Assembly: GCA_013239625.1 (NCBI GenBank) | Contig: MU053881.1 | Coordinates: 7,153,957-7,217,956, forward strand | DNA: 64,000 nt | Direction of reading: 5' to 3' | Origin: Lama guanicoe | Taxonomy: Eukaryota | Part shown: positions 1-11,921 of the stretch, one piece after another | Numbering within the stretch: position 1 is the first letter of the stretch | Layout of the letters: each line of letters begins with the position of its first letter | Program-made: the position numbers and the translations under genes | The notes under the pieces: generated by a model | Databases searched by the model: none | Told to the model about the DNA's origin: nothing | Seen by the model: only the letters and a program-made list of their open reading frames with translations

Positions 1-164
1 TGTACTTAAAGCTTAAGGACTAATATGGTGAAGTGGGTTGGAATGAAAACACACTCAACTCTTTCTGTTACTCTCAGAAACGAACTTGGAAACAAGTTCA
101 GGATCAAATCTCAACCTAACATTTCCTGCATTTCATCCATGATGTTCAGCAGACTCTAAAAAAT

Positions 165-420
165 CAGTTAATAACCACAGACACAGTTACCAGTGATGGG
201 CCAGGCTCTGTGCTAAGTACTCTGCACGGATTCTTTCTGTTTTTTTCTTTTTTCTTTTTCTTAATTCTCACATTAACCCTTTGAGTTAGATACTGTTTTC
301 ATTTTACAGATGTGAGTTTGGGTAACTTCCCCCAAGAACCCAGCCAATACATATGGAGCCAGGATTAAACAAAGCTATGCTGCCTTCAGGACCTTGGAAT
401 TTAACCATCATACTCTTCTG
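165..420 (-). mobile_element. MIR SINE
   Basis: 'ccaggctctgtgctaagtac...ttcattttacagatg...gagccaggatt'. Confidence 0.7.
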
Positions 421-2451
421 CCCACAAGGAAATCTCTGTTATGCTGTTCAATCCAAGCAGTGAGCTAACCTTATTAATAATAAGGCAACAGTGGAAGTCT
501 CATAGTTTTCATTCCTATGTCCTGTGCAAAGCGCTGCACGGACACTGTTTCATTTAACCCTACAAACTGAGGTGGGTGCTACTGTTACACGCACTTAACA
601 GGAGAGGAAACTGAGCACTGGAAAGACCAAAAATCTCCCCCACCTTCACACAGCTAACAAGCAGCAGAGTCCAGACCCAGCCTCAGGTTTGTCTTTCTCT
701 AAAGCCTTTGCAATTAACCAGAAAGATACACAGGCTCCCCTGAAGGCCAGCCTGCATGGTCTTCTGGCACTGGGCATGCTCCTACTCACGCCCCCCACCA
801 GGCACGCAGCCCCTTCCCACCTAGTCCCCATCATCCTGCTGCCCTGCACACAGCTGACTGGGCCCAGGACCAAAGCTTGACTCAGGCAGTCTTCTGTGGG
901 CTGGCCAGCAGCCTGGGGGTGATCGCATGGGTACCAGCCAGGGCCCCCAAGCCGGATAGTAGTAGATCAAATCCTTTTAGGCAGTTCAAAAGCAGGACAT
1001 CCAGGGAGTCCAGGAATGCAATGAACCTGGGCCGTGAGCAGGTAATTCCGTGCAGAAGCAGAAGCCATGTGTAAGAGAAGTCAGCCGCTGCAGGCAGGGA
1101 GAAGCTGGCAGAAAGAGGAGCCAAACCCGAGGCTGGCATCCTGAAAACTGCTCCACATGAAACCTCACCGCAGCCGCTGGACCAGGTAACAGCGTCCTCC
1201 TTCCCCTCACGTAACAGAACAAATTCTCGTTACTAGAGGCAACCGAGAGTCCCTGTGCTTTGTCTCCCGAATAGCCTAAACACACCATATGCATTAGTGC
1301 TGGGACCAGATGCAGACATGCAAGGTGCGCACAGACTCCTGCAGGTGCTGGAGCAGCCTGCCTGGGGGCAGATGCCCACTCCGCTCCTCTTCCATGCTGT
1401 GGCTTTGGGCTGGCTGCTTCACCTCTGGGAACCTCAGCTGCCTCGTCTGTAAGAGGAGCCGTGTGTAAAGAAGAAATGGTATGCAGTGCAGGAAGTCGGT
1501 GGCCCAGGGCCTCAGTACACAGGGGTCCGTAATAAATGGCAGTCGTGTTGTTACCATTATCCTTAACTGCCCAGCCACCCTGCCGCTCTGAGGCAGGAGG
1601 ACCCCACAGTGAGAACACTCCAGTGTACCAGCAACCCACGCGGACAGGCGGCACGATGTGAATAAAAGAGAAGGGCTGGAGGTGGGCACGCCCTTTGCGG
1701 TGAGAATGCCCAAGGCAGGGGGAGGCCTCCCTGAATCCCATGCCCCTTCCCGCTGTGGTTCATGGGATGTAGTTGAGTCTACTGGTCAAAACTTGAACAT
1801 GGAAATGAAAGAGCTGGCCAGGAGAAGGGGGCCCTTGTTCCTCCCCCAGGAGCAGTGAGGGAGCCATCCTCCCAGAGCCTTTAACTCGCTTCCCTCACAG
1901 CCCACAGGCACTCCAAGCACCAAGAGGCTAGAGTGAATCAGAGGATTCCAGCTCAGGGTCAGGGCTCAGTACCCACCCCCCCACCGCCCGAGGTGCCCCT
2001 GACACTTCCTCAGTGATTTGGGATTCCATTCAGGGATGCAGCAGGCCCAGGATTGGAATCCTGTGGCCAGGGGGACATCAGGATTACATGTGTTGTGCTG
2101 GCTAAAAAAAAAAAAACCCATGGAGAGGCCTCCTTGTAGGTGACGTTTTGGAGGAAGGGGGTGTCCACAGAAAGGAAGCCATCAGGACAAATCAGTGCAG
2201 GTAGGAGGAGGGGGGAGGGGGCCTCTACGATTGCCAGCACACTGATGGAGCCGCCAGCGGAATGCTGAGCACCGCCCTGCTTGACGTCCTGGGGTCAACT
2301 CTTGTGACCCTGCTGTGGGCCCAGGATGTGCTGGAGCCAACGTCAGACCTTGAAATACGTCACTGATAAGGTAGACAAGATCCAGCCCACATGCGCCTCT
2401 TCTGCGACATATTTTGGATATTCCCAGATCATAGGAACATGAAAGCAAAAA

Positions 2452-2690
2452 TAATAGCTAACATTTACGAAATGCCTGCTGCACGCCACATGCAATTCTG
2501 AAGCTACCTTAGACACATAATTTCATTTTGGTCCTCACAAAAATCCATTGTGATAGATACTATTATCAGCTTGATTTGACAGTGAGAAAAACGGAGTCCA
2601 GAGTGGTTAAGCAGCTTTGCCTAAGGTCACATAAGTATTAAAGGGTGGAGGCTGGATTTGAACAGAGACAGTTGTAAATCCTAACTTCTC
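2452..2690 (-). mobile_element. MIR SINE
   Basis: 'aataatagctaacattta...cctcacaa...gagaaaacggagtccagagtggttaagcagctttgcctaaggtcaca...ggatttgaac'. Confidence 0.8.
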
Positions 2691-3814
2691 TGGGCCCTCT
2701 GTGTACTCTGAACGCATCACGGTGACTGCGGCACTCAGTCCTATTTCGATGGGCATATTTACTGTCTCACCAATGAGACTGTAAGCCCCCTGCCCTCTGG
2801 GACCAGGGCGGAGATGGGCCTGTCCACTCCCTAGAGCCAGGGATGCCCAGGACACTCAGTAAGCATGTGCTGATTGATTCCATTCAGAGAAGCTTTAAAG
2901 ACGTGTGTAAATCCCCAACCGCCACCCGCCCCCGCCCCCACCCACAATGTTGGATTTCCAGACCAGGGTGCAGATAGAGGAGGGGAAAAGAGGTTCCTAG
3001 GCATACGCTGTTCATTCAAAATATTACAAAGAACTTGATCATGAACCATGTCCTATAAATCAGATCTTACTGAATGTTGCAAAAAGAAAAATGCTGTAAG
3101 AGGAGGTGTTTCTTGCAGTAGACATGTCACTATGTCTGCATACACAAACAGCACACAGCTGAGGAGACATTCAAAATCTGGCAGGCTCCATTCCGTCCTC
3201 CAACAAGGAGATAAATAAATTATACATGACTAATCCAGCCATACATATGTGCAGAACTAATAATGATAACAGGGCAGTTATAAAAACAGAAACATCATAC
3301 TAATATATAAACAATAGGGAAGGAAGGAAGGAAAGAAAAGAAAAAAAGAAGAAAGAAAGATGTTGTAACGTATAGACTAGCCAACATATGAAGTTTGCCT
3401 TGGTCACGTGAATGAATGGAGCTTAGGCCGCATATTTTTAAAGAAAAGGAAATGCAATTCATGGATATACTGATCTGGGCTAAACCGTGGTGTATGTTCC
3501 GTTTCTCCAGTTTATGCTGAAATCTTTCACTAACTAGCTGTATGACTTCGGGCCTCTTTAAGTTACCTGAGCCAATAAATGTGCAGTTGGCGCATCCTTA
3601 CAACACACTTAATAATACAAGCCTCACTATTTTACAGGATGAAGCAGTAGAGAGTAAGAACACAGTCTCTGATTGCCTGGCTTATGTGTTCTTTATTCAC
3701 AGTGCCACACTAAGTGACTTATCTGCTCTGCTCTTCAGTTTCCTCATGTATGAAATGTGGATTACAACAGTTCTACATCATGAAGTTGCAAAGATTAAAT
3801 GGGCTAATACTCTG

Positions 3815-4395
3815 CAACAGTGGTGGGTGTCTGTGCATTTATTTGCCTGTCCTTCATCCACTTCTCCTTCTGGTCGTGAGTCCCAGATTTCCCTTTGAAG
3901 AATTACTCCCCTAGCCTCCCACTTTGTGTTCAGACTTTATGGTTTGAGTAGAACGAACCACAGCCTCCCCAGTTCCAAAGGAGGGTCATATGACTCAAGC
4001 CTGATGAAACAGCATATTTCATTCTCCTGGTCACAGAGGTTTATGGATGGGCATGTGGCTCAAGTCAGACCTTTGAAGATCAGTCTAGGGAATTTTGCTG
4101 TAACTATTGAAGAAGAGACTTTTTCTTTCTGTTGAGGTTGCTAATCCAACAAGACATGTATCTGGAACTTCCACAGCCGATTTTCCATTGCAAAGAGAGC
4201 ATCTACCTAAGAATGAAGCCAACAGAGAAAAGAGCAAAGGCAGAGATACAGATTCCCTACAACACTGTTTGAGCACCTAGATACATCCATGCCTGAAGCC
4301 ATAAACTCTGGGCTCTTTCGGTTGTCTGAATCAATAAGTTCTCTTTCTGTTTAGGCAAATTTGAATTGAATTTCTTTACAAATCCTAATTAATAA
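3815..4395 (+). mobile_element. MaLR solo LTR (MLT1K/L-like)
   Basis: Characteristic MLT1 segments: 'ggatgggcatgtggctcaagtc', 'gaatgaagccaacagag', 'tttgagcacctagatacatccatgcctgaagcc', 'aatcaataagttctcttt'. Confidence 0.75.
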
Positions 4396-4930
4396 GTGCC
4401 CACTGGATATACAGAGTTCATTACATGTGTTTATGAATGTGAGGCTCTATGCCAGGAATCAGAAACACAGAGATAAATTGGACGTAGTGTTTGCCTTCAA
4501 GAAGCCCATCCTCTTGTGGCAGAAACAGTCATATGAAGAGATGATTATAGTCCATGGGGTAAGTGTTATATTATGAGCATGTCTGTAAACAAAGAGGAGG
4601 GAACGTATTCTCCTACCATAAAAGAGTCCTAGAAGGATCCACAAAGGAGAAATCACATGGTCAAGAATTTGAAGGATGCTTTTGTGTCGAGTTTTGTCTA
4701 GAAAGGAGGAGAGCCATAGTTTACACAGCCATAGAAGTCTGAAACGGTAGGTAGCAGTGGATAGTTGAGTGTATCTGAAACGTAGGGTGAGTCGAAGATG
4801 ACTCATTTGGGTGCTTCATGTGATTTGGCAAACCCCCAAGACATTATTGACCAGCTGGCAAACAGTGAAAGGATTCACATGCAGTTTGGCTTCTTCCAAA
4901 CACAAGATGACTGGACACTGAAGTGAGATA

Positions 4931-5082
4931 CAGCCAGCAACATAATTTGTTGAGCTTAGTGTACAATGAAAATGTAAAAATTGTCCAAAAATTTTTAAGA
5001 ATTTCACGATTGTGACAGCAGAGTCCTTTAGAGTGTAGGGTCCCCTGCAATCACATAGGTTGTACGTGCAGGAAGAGACCTG
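4931..5082 (-). mobile_element. MER45A-like hAT-Tip100 MITE
   Basis: 'cagcaacataatttgttgagcttagtgtacaatgaaaatg...aagaatttcacgat...acagcagag' resembles the reverse complement of MER45A. Confidence 0.6.
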
Positions 5083-6084
5083 CCTCTCATCCATAATGTG
5101 GCCTGGGTCTAATTCCCACCAATGCCTTAAGCACTGCAAGCAGCCTTCCACCTGTGTGATGTGAACAGGGAGAACTGGGGCAAAGTTAGCGTAGGCTAAG
5201 AATTCTGATGTTTTGTTGCTGGGCTGATTTTCCTCTCCGCACCCTAAGCAGTGATGCACAGACCTCTCTTTCTGTCTTGACAAATCTCTCCTCCCCTTCA
5301 CCAGCCCCTAAAGCTGGCCCCAAGAGCAAGTATGTCTGTAAAGTCACTTGGCTAGGCACTTAGAGAACAGAAGAGTAAGGGATGGAGGCCACTTGGGACT
5401 GGAGTCAGCTTTCAGGCATACATGAGATAGAAATTCCCAGACTGCATCCAATGACAAAAGTGTTAATTGTACGTTTACAGCCTTCCTTCTTTGCGCTAAA
5501 GAGAATTCTGCCTTTGTGTCTTTAATTTCTCCGCTTCTTCTACCCTCTAGGGATATTTCTATCTTTGCCAGTCAATTCTTGGCTTTTGCGATCTAGAACA
5601 AGGGACTTTAGTAGAGAGAGAGAAAACTTCTAGCCAGTGTGGAGTGAAGGGCTTTCCATGGAAAGGACCTAAAACAAACATACAAAGCCAAAGGAAAGAG
5701 AGAGAGAAAGAAAAGAGAGGACCTGGAAGATCCGGTTTTAAAGGAAATCTGTGGGTAGGAATTGAGAATAAGGTTCTGAGAGAGTCTTGGGTAAACCATA
5801 GGATGTGAGAGGTACTGAGAGATAAAAGAACGGAGAAAGGAAATATTGGATAGCATTACTGCATGTTATGACTTGAATTTCATTTTGATGAAATAACATT
5901 ATTTCAGAGAAAGTATGAAAGCCTGAGATTGCTCACAATTATTCTTACCTATTGTTGTGTTGGGTCATGTGGGATCTGAGTTACACTTGTGTTACATTGG
6001 TATTCTATGAGATGTTAATAAGTATTATATATATACACATAAATACATGCGTACCAAATGGTTCAATGAGCAAGGAAATCTGTG

Positions 6085-6215
6085 ACATGTAATATCTAAA
6101 TCTTCCTCTTAGAGACTCTCATTAGCATTTTAAAGGCTCTGAGAAGTCCTGCAGCACAGAAAGCTGTTCAATTATATGCAATCTCAGGCTCCCTAAACTT
6201 ATCCTACCATACGTC
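6085..6215. mobile_element. hAT-Charlie fragment (Charlie4-like)
   Basis: Contains the motif 'aaggctctgagaagtcctgcagcacagaaagctgttcaatt', as recalled for Charlie4-type elements. Confidence 0.45.
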
Positions 6216-6219
6216 ACAG

Positions 6220-6345
6220 AATATATTTTATTTTTTGAATATATTTAAAATAATATAATTCTTATATTATATTTTTAATATAATTTTTTACATTTTATTT
6301 TTTATAATATAAGTAATTTTTATATTGTATTTTATTTTGTATAAG
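6220..6345. repeat. AT-rich low-complexity tract
   Basis: Nearly pure A/T for about 125 nt. Confidence 0.85.
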
Positions 6346-6647
6346 GCTGACTTTAAGCTCTTCTGTCTCAAGAATTTAGAGAAGGCTTCATGGACAAAGT
6401 ATGTTTTAACTAGTATTTGAAGAATGGAGAAGATAGGGAGTCGTCAGTTCAGTAGAACACATGAAGAATAATAAATCAGTTCAAGATTGGTGAGCAGTTC
6501 TCTGGGGTTTAAATGTAGAAAGAAAGGACCGTTTGCACTCCAGTTTGTTTTCACCAGGGAGGAAGTAGCCCCACCTTATATCCCTACCAGTGTGCTGGGA
6601 AGTGAGCGTTGAGATGACGGGGCTGTTGGGAAGCAGGTGGCAGCTCA

Positions 6648-6743
<96 letters not shown>

Positions 6744-7497
6744 CTACAATAGTAAAACAAAACACACCTGTCATCTTGCTTTATAGGAGCTAACTGGAAG
6801 GGCCCAGATCTTGTTGGCTGTTCTAATTTTTGCTTTAGTACTTTTTGGAGGGGTGGTAAGGGAAAGGGCACAGTCTTTCATTAAGTGAATCCAATGAAAC
6901 CAACAGCAGTGAATCTGTAAATGGAAGCTTACAATTGGTTACCAGGAGACTGTTTCACAAACATAAGTGGAACATGAATATGGAACGTGAAAACACTCTC
7001 AAAATAAAGCACTATTAATTCTGTCTTTGGGAGTAAAGAAGTAAATGCATTCATTGATGTGGCAATTTTATAATCATCTTTCCAAATATGTATTTGAGCA
7101 GGAAATAATCTACACTACACGAATGCATCTCAGGTCACTGAGCAAACAAACTATTATTAAAAATGAACATCTAATTACTGTACTGTAAACACAGCTAATT
7201 CATCTGTCACAGGCAAGTGCTTGGGCAGCTATGAGGAAACACGATAGGGACTCTCTCCTTCTCCTCCAACCAAAGAGGTTCAAAGTGGACCTCAACACAC
7301 CCCATCAGATTTTGCAGTGGGTCAAATTTGTTCTCTACTTTGGGAGAACACAAATTCAAGACAAATCCAGATAGCAAAGGCCAGAACCACTGGCACCGGG
7401 ACCCTCCTGAGCTGGAGGAAATGAAGTCATACCAACTGTGTGCTTTAGGTAAAATTTAAAATCCATGGGAAATCTGTGCAGAGTTCTTTCCTGAAGC

Positions 7498-7707
7498 CAG
7501 CGGTTTTCAAATTATTTTCACAGTAGAATTCTTTGTTCAGAGAAAATCTTACCTGGAACCTAATATACAAAATAGAAAAAAGCAGCGCAGTTCTGGTGGA
7601 AGTGCACGCACATGTGTGTGTGCGTGTGTGTGTGCGTGTGTGTGTGCGTGTGTGTGTTTATGGTAGAAGATAGTGAGGCTGGGAGAAATATAATTTGAAA
7701 ATCACTG
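7498..7707. mobile_element. hAT-type MITE with 16-bp TIRs, degenerate 8-bp TSD and an internal (TG/CG)n tract
   Basis: Left end is CAGCGGTTTTCAAATT and the right end reverse complement is CAGTGATTTTCAAATT (14/16). Flanks are CCTGAAGC and CTTTAAGC (6/8). Confidence 0.7.
7613..7656. repeat. Compound (TG)n/CG microsatellite
   Basis: tgtgtgtgtgcg units, directly visible. Confidence 0.95.
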
Positions 7708-8829
7708 CTTTAAGCTAAACTGCAAAATTCTGGAAATGAGATTGGTTGCTTTCCAGAAATCACTGCTTCTAGGGAAAATTACCTCAATGGTTTAAGTCCC
7801 TGTTTCCAAATCAGCAGAATGGGGATAACATCTACCCAAAGGGTTACTGTGAGGATTAAGTGCACACAGTCTGTTAAGATGCTGCACACAGAGTCTGGCC
7901 CATTGTAAGTGTTCATTAAGTGCCTGAGGATGATGATGGTGGTGAGCATAACCGTACATTCTTGATGTCACCTGGGGAGGTGTGGCTAATGTCGTGGGCA
8001 CATTCCCTTCCTGTGGGAATGGAGAAAGCTTCTTCCTCACAGATGGAAAACCTGGCTTCTGAATGAGAAGATGTCACAGGGTGTCAGGGCTGGAGCAGAG
8101 GTTCAAATCCTCCCTCTCCCACATACTGCCATGTGGCCTTGAGCAAACAGATTGTCCAATGTGACTGCTAACACCTGCGTCACAGTGCTAGAGGGTTACA
8201 TAAGAAGTGTATACATTCAATACATAGGAATTCCCTTTCCTACCATCCTTCTCTCCTTTCCTTCCACTGAGGATCAAAAATGAGGAATCCAGTCTTTCTA
8301 TTTCCGTGTCTCAGGACACAGAGAACCGAGGGGGAAAATCTTGGGTCATTTAGCTTTCCTTTTGTTTCAATTACTTCTTTTTCCTTTGTATAGCCAGAAA
8401 GAGGTTCCATTTCTTGCCAATCCTACTCCAACGAGGAGACCTTCTCTCTGCTAAATGGATGAAGGTTTAGGACACTGGCTTCCTATTGATTCTCTTTCTG
8501 TGGGCCACTCTTTGAGGTTGGTCCAATAATGGTAACTCTGGTTCCTTCAAGGAGAGTTAAAAGTGAGCCCTTGGCAGCAGAACCCCTGAATCTGGCAGTA
8601 GTAAAGAGACAATGACAACGGTGACCACGCTGAGGGCAAAGGGACGGCTACACCCCTAGGCCAGCCTGAGCTGGGCTTCATGCTGAGGCCATCATGTGCC
8701 ACAGCGTTATGGGCCCTCAGGCCACAGGCACGCAGTCCTGAAGCAAATGGGTCCTGAGAGGCTAGACGAAGAAAGGGGCTCGGGGCCAACCTTCTGTCTG
8801 CATTTGTTATTATAATGTCAGAGCAGCCA

Positions 8830-9040
8830 CCTCTTACTGGACACTTATAACGTGAGAGCTACTGTGCTCTCATGTAATCCCTTCTCAACCCTGGGACATA
8901 AATGATGATATTCCCACTTTACAGATGGGTAAGTTGAGGCTTAAGAAAAGTTAACTTGCCCACAGTCACACAGGTAGCTGGTGACAAATCCTAGATTCAA
9001 ACCCAAGACTGTGCATCTCCAACGCTCATGCTCTTAAGCC
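8830..9040 (-). mobile_element. MIR SINE
   Basis: 'cccactttacagatgggtaagttgaggctt...aacttgcccacagtcacacag...agattcaaacccaag'. Confidence 0.8.
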
Positions 9041-9314
9041 TCAAAATGTCCAAGGTCATCAACAAATATTTGTTAAGGCTTATGCCTTAGACACTGAGGC
9101 CTCGTGTCAGACATGGGCTGAAGCTGCATCCCAGAAGTGATATACACAAGCCTAAATGGGAGTGAGAAATCAGGATTCACACGAACATGCCTGCAAACTT
9201 AGACCCACAGGTACTCAAGGCTCATGGGAAGATCTTCTTGCCCTAAACTCTCAAGAATCATTAGTGCAAAATTTCTCCCCAACACTCTCCCGACCCAGCA
9301 CCCTACAGACTCAC

Positions 9315-9413
9315 CACAAGTTCCGAGCTGGTCTGGAAGGTCTCAATATAGAAGGAATAGTGCTGGTCGCCCATCTGGTGCAGGATGGCTGTCATACACG
9401 CCACGAAGTGACT
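9315..9413 (-). CDS. DOCK2: DOCK2 internal coding exon (approx. human exon 28), 99 nt, phase 0-0
   Basis: Minus strand reads ttttccttacttcttgcag|AGTCACTTC...GAACTTGTG|gtgagt and translates to [33 protein letters not shown], matching DOCK2 as recalled. Acceptor with pyrimidine tract and donor are canonical. Confidence 0.96.
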
Positions 9414-10931
9414 CTGCAAGAAGTAAGGAAAAGTGCCATGAAACAGCGGAGAGAGGACCACAAGATTCCTCTTCTCCATTCACTCGACTTCGGTCTGGAA
9501 AACACCTCTCCATCCCAGGCCAGTATGAAAAGGCCCCCGAGGGATGGAGAATTTTTCCTTAGCAGATCAGCGTGTGAAACTTCCCTGAGAGTAAATGTCT
9601 CCTTATGGCTTATTCATCAGCCCATTCATCCGAAAAGCACTGACTGAACACCTATTATGTGCCTGGGACTGCATAGAAGCTCCAGATATAGACAATAAGG
9701 GCTCAATCCATTACCTCTCCGGGGGCTTGTTCGCTGGGAAAAGAGCACCGTATTGATGTCAGGGGATCCAGCCTGTACCAAGAGTCTGGAGACAGTCTGA
9801 TTTTCTGGTAAACAGTTTTACACGTCTAATTGCTAACTGTTTCATCTGTAAAGTGGGACAATAATCCATCCATATCTACCCCCGGAGATGTATCAAAGGA
9901 TCAGATGGCTCCCATAGTGCCTTGAATACACTGAAGCTGTCAACAGATGCATCAATTGTACCACCACGAACCAGCCAGTGAGACGCCGGCAGCAACCAGG
10001 GATCGGCACTTGCTAAGGGCCATGGAGGAAAAAAGAAAAGAGAAGAGGTGGTCCTTGCTCTTCAGGAGTTCATGATCTAGTTAGGAGAGCAAGATTAACA
10101 TCCACAAGAGAAAAAGTACAAGACCTTTGCCTGTGAAGCCAACCAAGTGCCAGAGGGACTCAGACGAGAAGGGAATCAACGCGAGGAGTCAGAGAGGAAG
10201 TGGGTCTGGAAGGATCCGCGGGATCAGAGAAGCGAGAACCCCCTCCTGTCATGCATCAGAATATATCACCTCAGCCCCTTCTGCTTTCTCCCTCCCGGAT
10301 TTTATGAGTCTGTACCAGGGTGGCGTTGTTGGTCAGGGCTGGCATCCGCAAGTGGAATGTAGGGAGCCCTGCTCTGGGAACCTGGTTAAAGGAAGTACTG
10401 CCCATAAATCTACCAGCTGGGAGAAGCCACTCAAGAGTGTCTCCTGCAAGATTCCCCTGGGCTGCCATCTTAACCCCAGAAAGGCCCCCCCAAGGCCCTG
10501 TCAAGGGCAGGCTTGTGAAAGATGGCCCGTTTGGTGGGATGCAGGCATCTCCAGGGAACCCCGCTGCTAAAGGGTATCAGACATAATGCAGACCAGACAG
10601 GTGGGCCTGGAAGTACTATGTTTGAACCAAGTATTATATTTGTATCACAAACTGCTGTCTTTGTTTTAAAAAAAAAACAAAACTTTTCTTGGTTATTAAA
10701 ATATAATGTGAAAAAAAAAATCCTCCCAGATTACAGGTTTACAGTTCAGCGATGGTGGTGGCAGGAGCAGCCTCGAGGTCCCCAGGAAGCTCCTTCCGCA
10801 CTCCCCCACAGGAAGTCTTAGGGATACTTCAAGCTCGCACTCCCAAAAGGAACCCCCAAAGATATGGACTCTCACTTGCTTCCACGTTCTTTCCGATTAG
10901 GACGTGAGGGAGAGTGTGTTCACCCAGGCAG

Positions 10932-11052
10932 CAGGATCAGCTATGCCATTCGTGGGGCTCAGGGCGAAATGAAAATTGAAGAGTCCTTGTAAAAATTCTT
11001 CAGAACTTCAAGTCAGCCTCAGAGCCCTTCTGAGCACTGGGCCAGTGCACAC
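10932..11052 (-). mobile_element. MER45A-like MITE (second copy)
   Basis: Contains 'tggggctcagggcgaaatgaaaatt...agagcccttctgagcactgggcc', a MER45A signature. Confidence 0.6.
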
Positions 11053-11079
11053 GCCCAGGAAGCCAGCACCCCCTGTCAG

Positions 11080-11670
11080 TGACCGCCACACACGCGCGCC
11101 ATAAATGCTCAGAAAACACGCAGAGCTGGCAGAGTGTGCCAGATGGGGACGCTCGGGAGCAACGGTGATGACACTATGTTGCTGGGGACCTGGCGCCTCT
11201 ACACTGGGGCCAACCACCTTGGCCATCCAGGAAGTCAAGTCCTCTCTCGGGCTCAGGCCCCCAGGGGGTGGTGGTGAGTTTGTGAAATTATCCATCCCTT
11301 TCAAACCAGACAGAACGTCACCATCGCTGCTAACTTAACCAGGTGCCCCCAAAACCAAGAAACAAGTGTATTACTGTTTATGCCTTTGGCAGGCTGGATG
11401 CAAAAAGAGAGAAATTTTCCGAGTTTGGAGGGGGGGTGGTGCTTGTGTGAGAGTGTGTGTGTGTATGACACACATGCCTGTGTCTCCTCTTCTCCCTCCA
11501 TCGCTTCTGTGAGGAGCTTCCTCAAAGAATTCAGCCAGTGGCCACTAGAGGTCTTTCCTTTTCACATGGTAGCTGCCGTGCAGTTTTTCCGGCTTTTTAT
11601 TTATTCCTACGTGAGCAGACCCACTACACTTCTTGCATATAAACAGTGAAAATTACAATATAAAGGACTT
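11080..11670 (+). promoter_or_regulatory. Candidate INSYN2B promoter region
   Basis: Locally CpG-richer unique sequence with a CTCF-like TGGCCACTAGAGGTC (11539-11553) and TATAAA motifs at 11638 and 11659, just upstream of the donor at 11770. Confidence 0.4.
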
Positions 11671-11770
11671 ATTATTTCTTCTTTTGGAGTAATTCTGCTG
11701 CTGGCCAAAGCCTGGCTCATTTTGCAAAGAAGGGAAGGACATCCTCTGCAGGTAATTCCACGGCTTCAAG
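11550..11770 (+). other. INSYN2B: Probable non-coding first exon of the nested antisense gene INSYN2B (FAM196B); 5' boundary approximate
   Basis: Repeat-free block ends in a strong plus-strand donor CTTCAAG|GTAAGA (11770/11771), with an alternative CAG|GTAATT at 11751/11752. Position and orientation match the known INSYN2B arrangement inside DOCK2. No coding sequence is present to confirm identity. Confidence 0.6.
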
Positions 11771-11895
11771 GTAAGAGATCTGGGAAGGTTTTATTTTTTT
11801 GTGATCCACCATCCTCTCGGAGAAAATGCTATCATCTCTTGGACAATAGTTTACTTTCAAAGCCTCGGCTTAAATGAGTCCTGCGATTGTGAGCA

Positions 11896-11921
11896 TGTGT
11901 GTGTGTGTGTGTGTGTGTGTG
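11896..11921. repeat. (TG)n microsatellite
   Basis: Directly visible. Confidence 0.95.

Noticed and set aside
986..1741. 251-aa minus-strand ORF (longest in the track)
   Set aside because: No recognisable domain and composition typical of GC-rich non-coding DNA. It lies in a DOCK2 intron and does not resemble the expected next DOCK2 exon.
9156..9647. 163-aa plus-strand ORF
   Set aside because: Antisense shadow of the real DOCK2 exon at 9315-9413.
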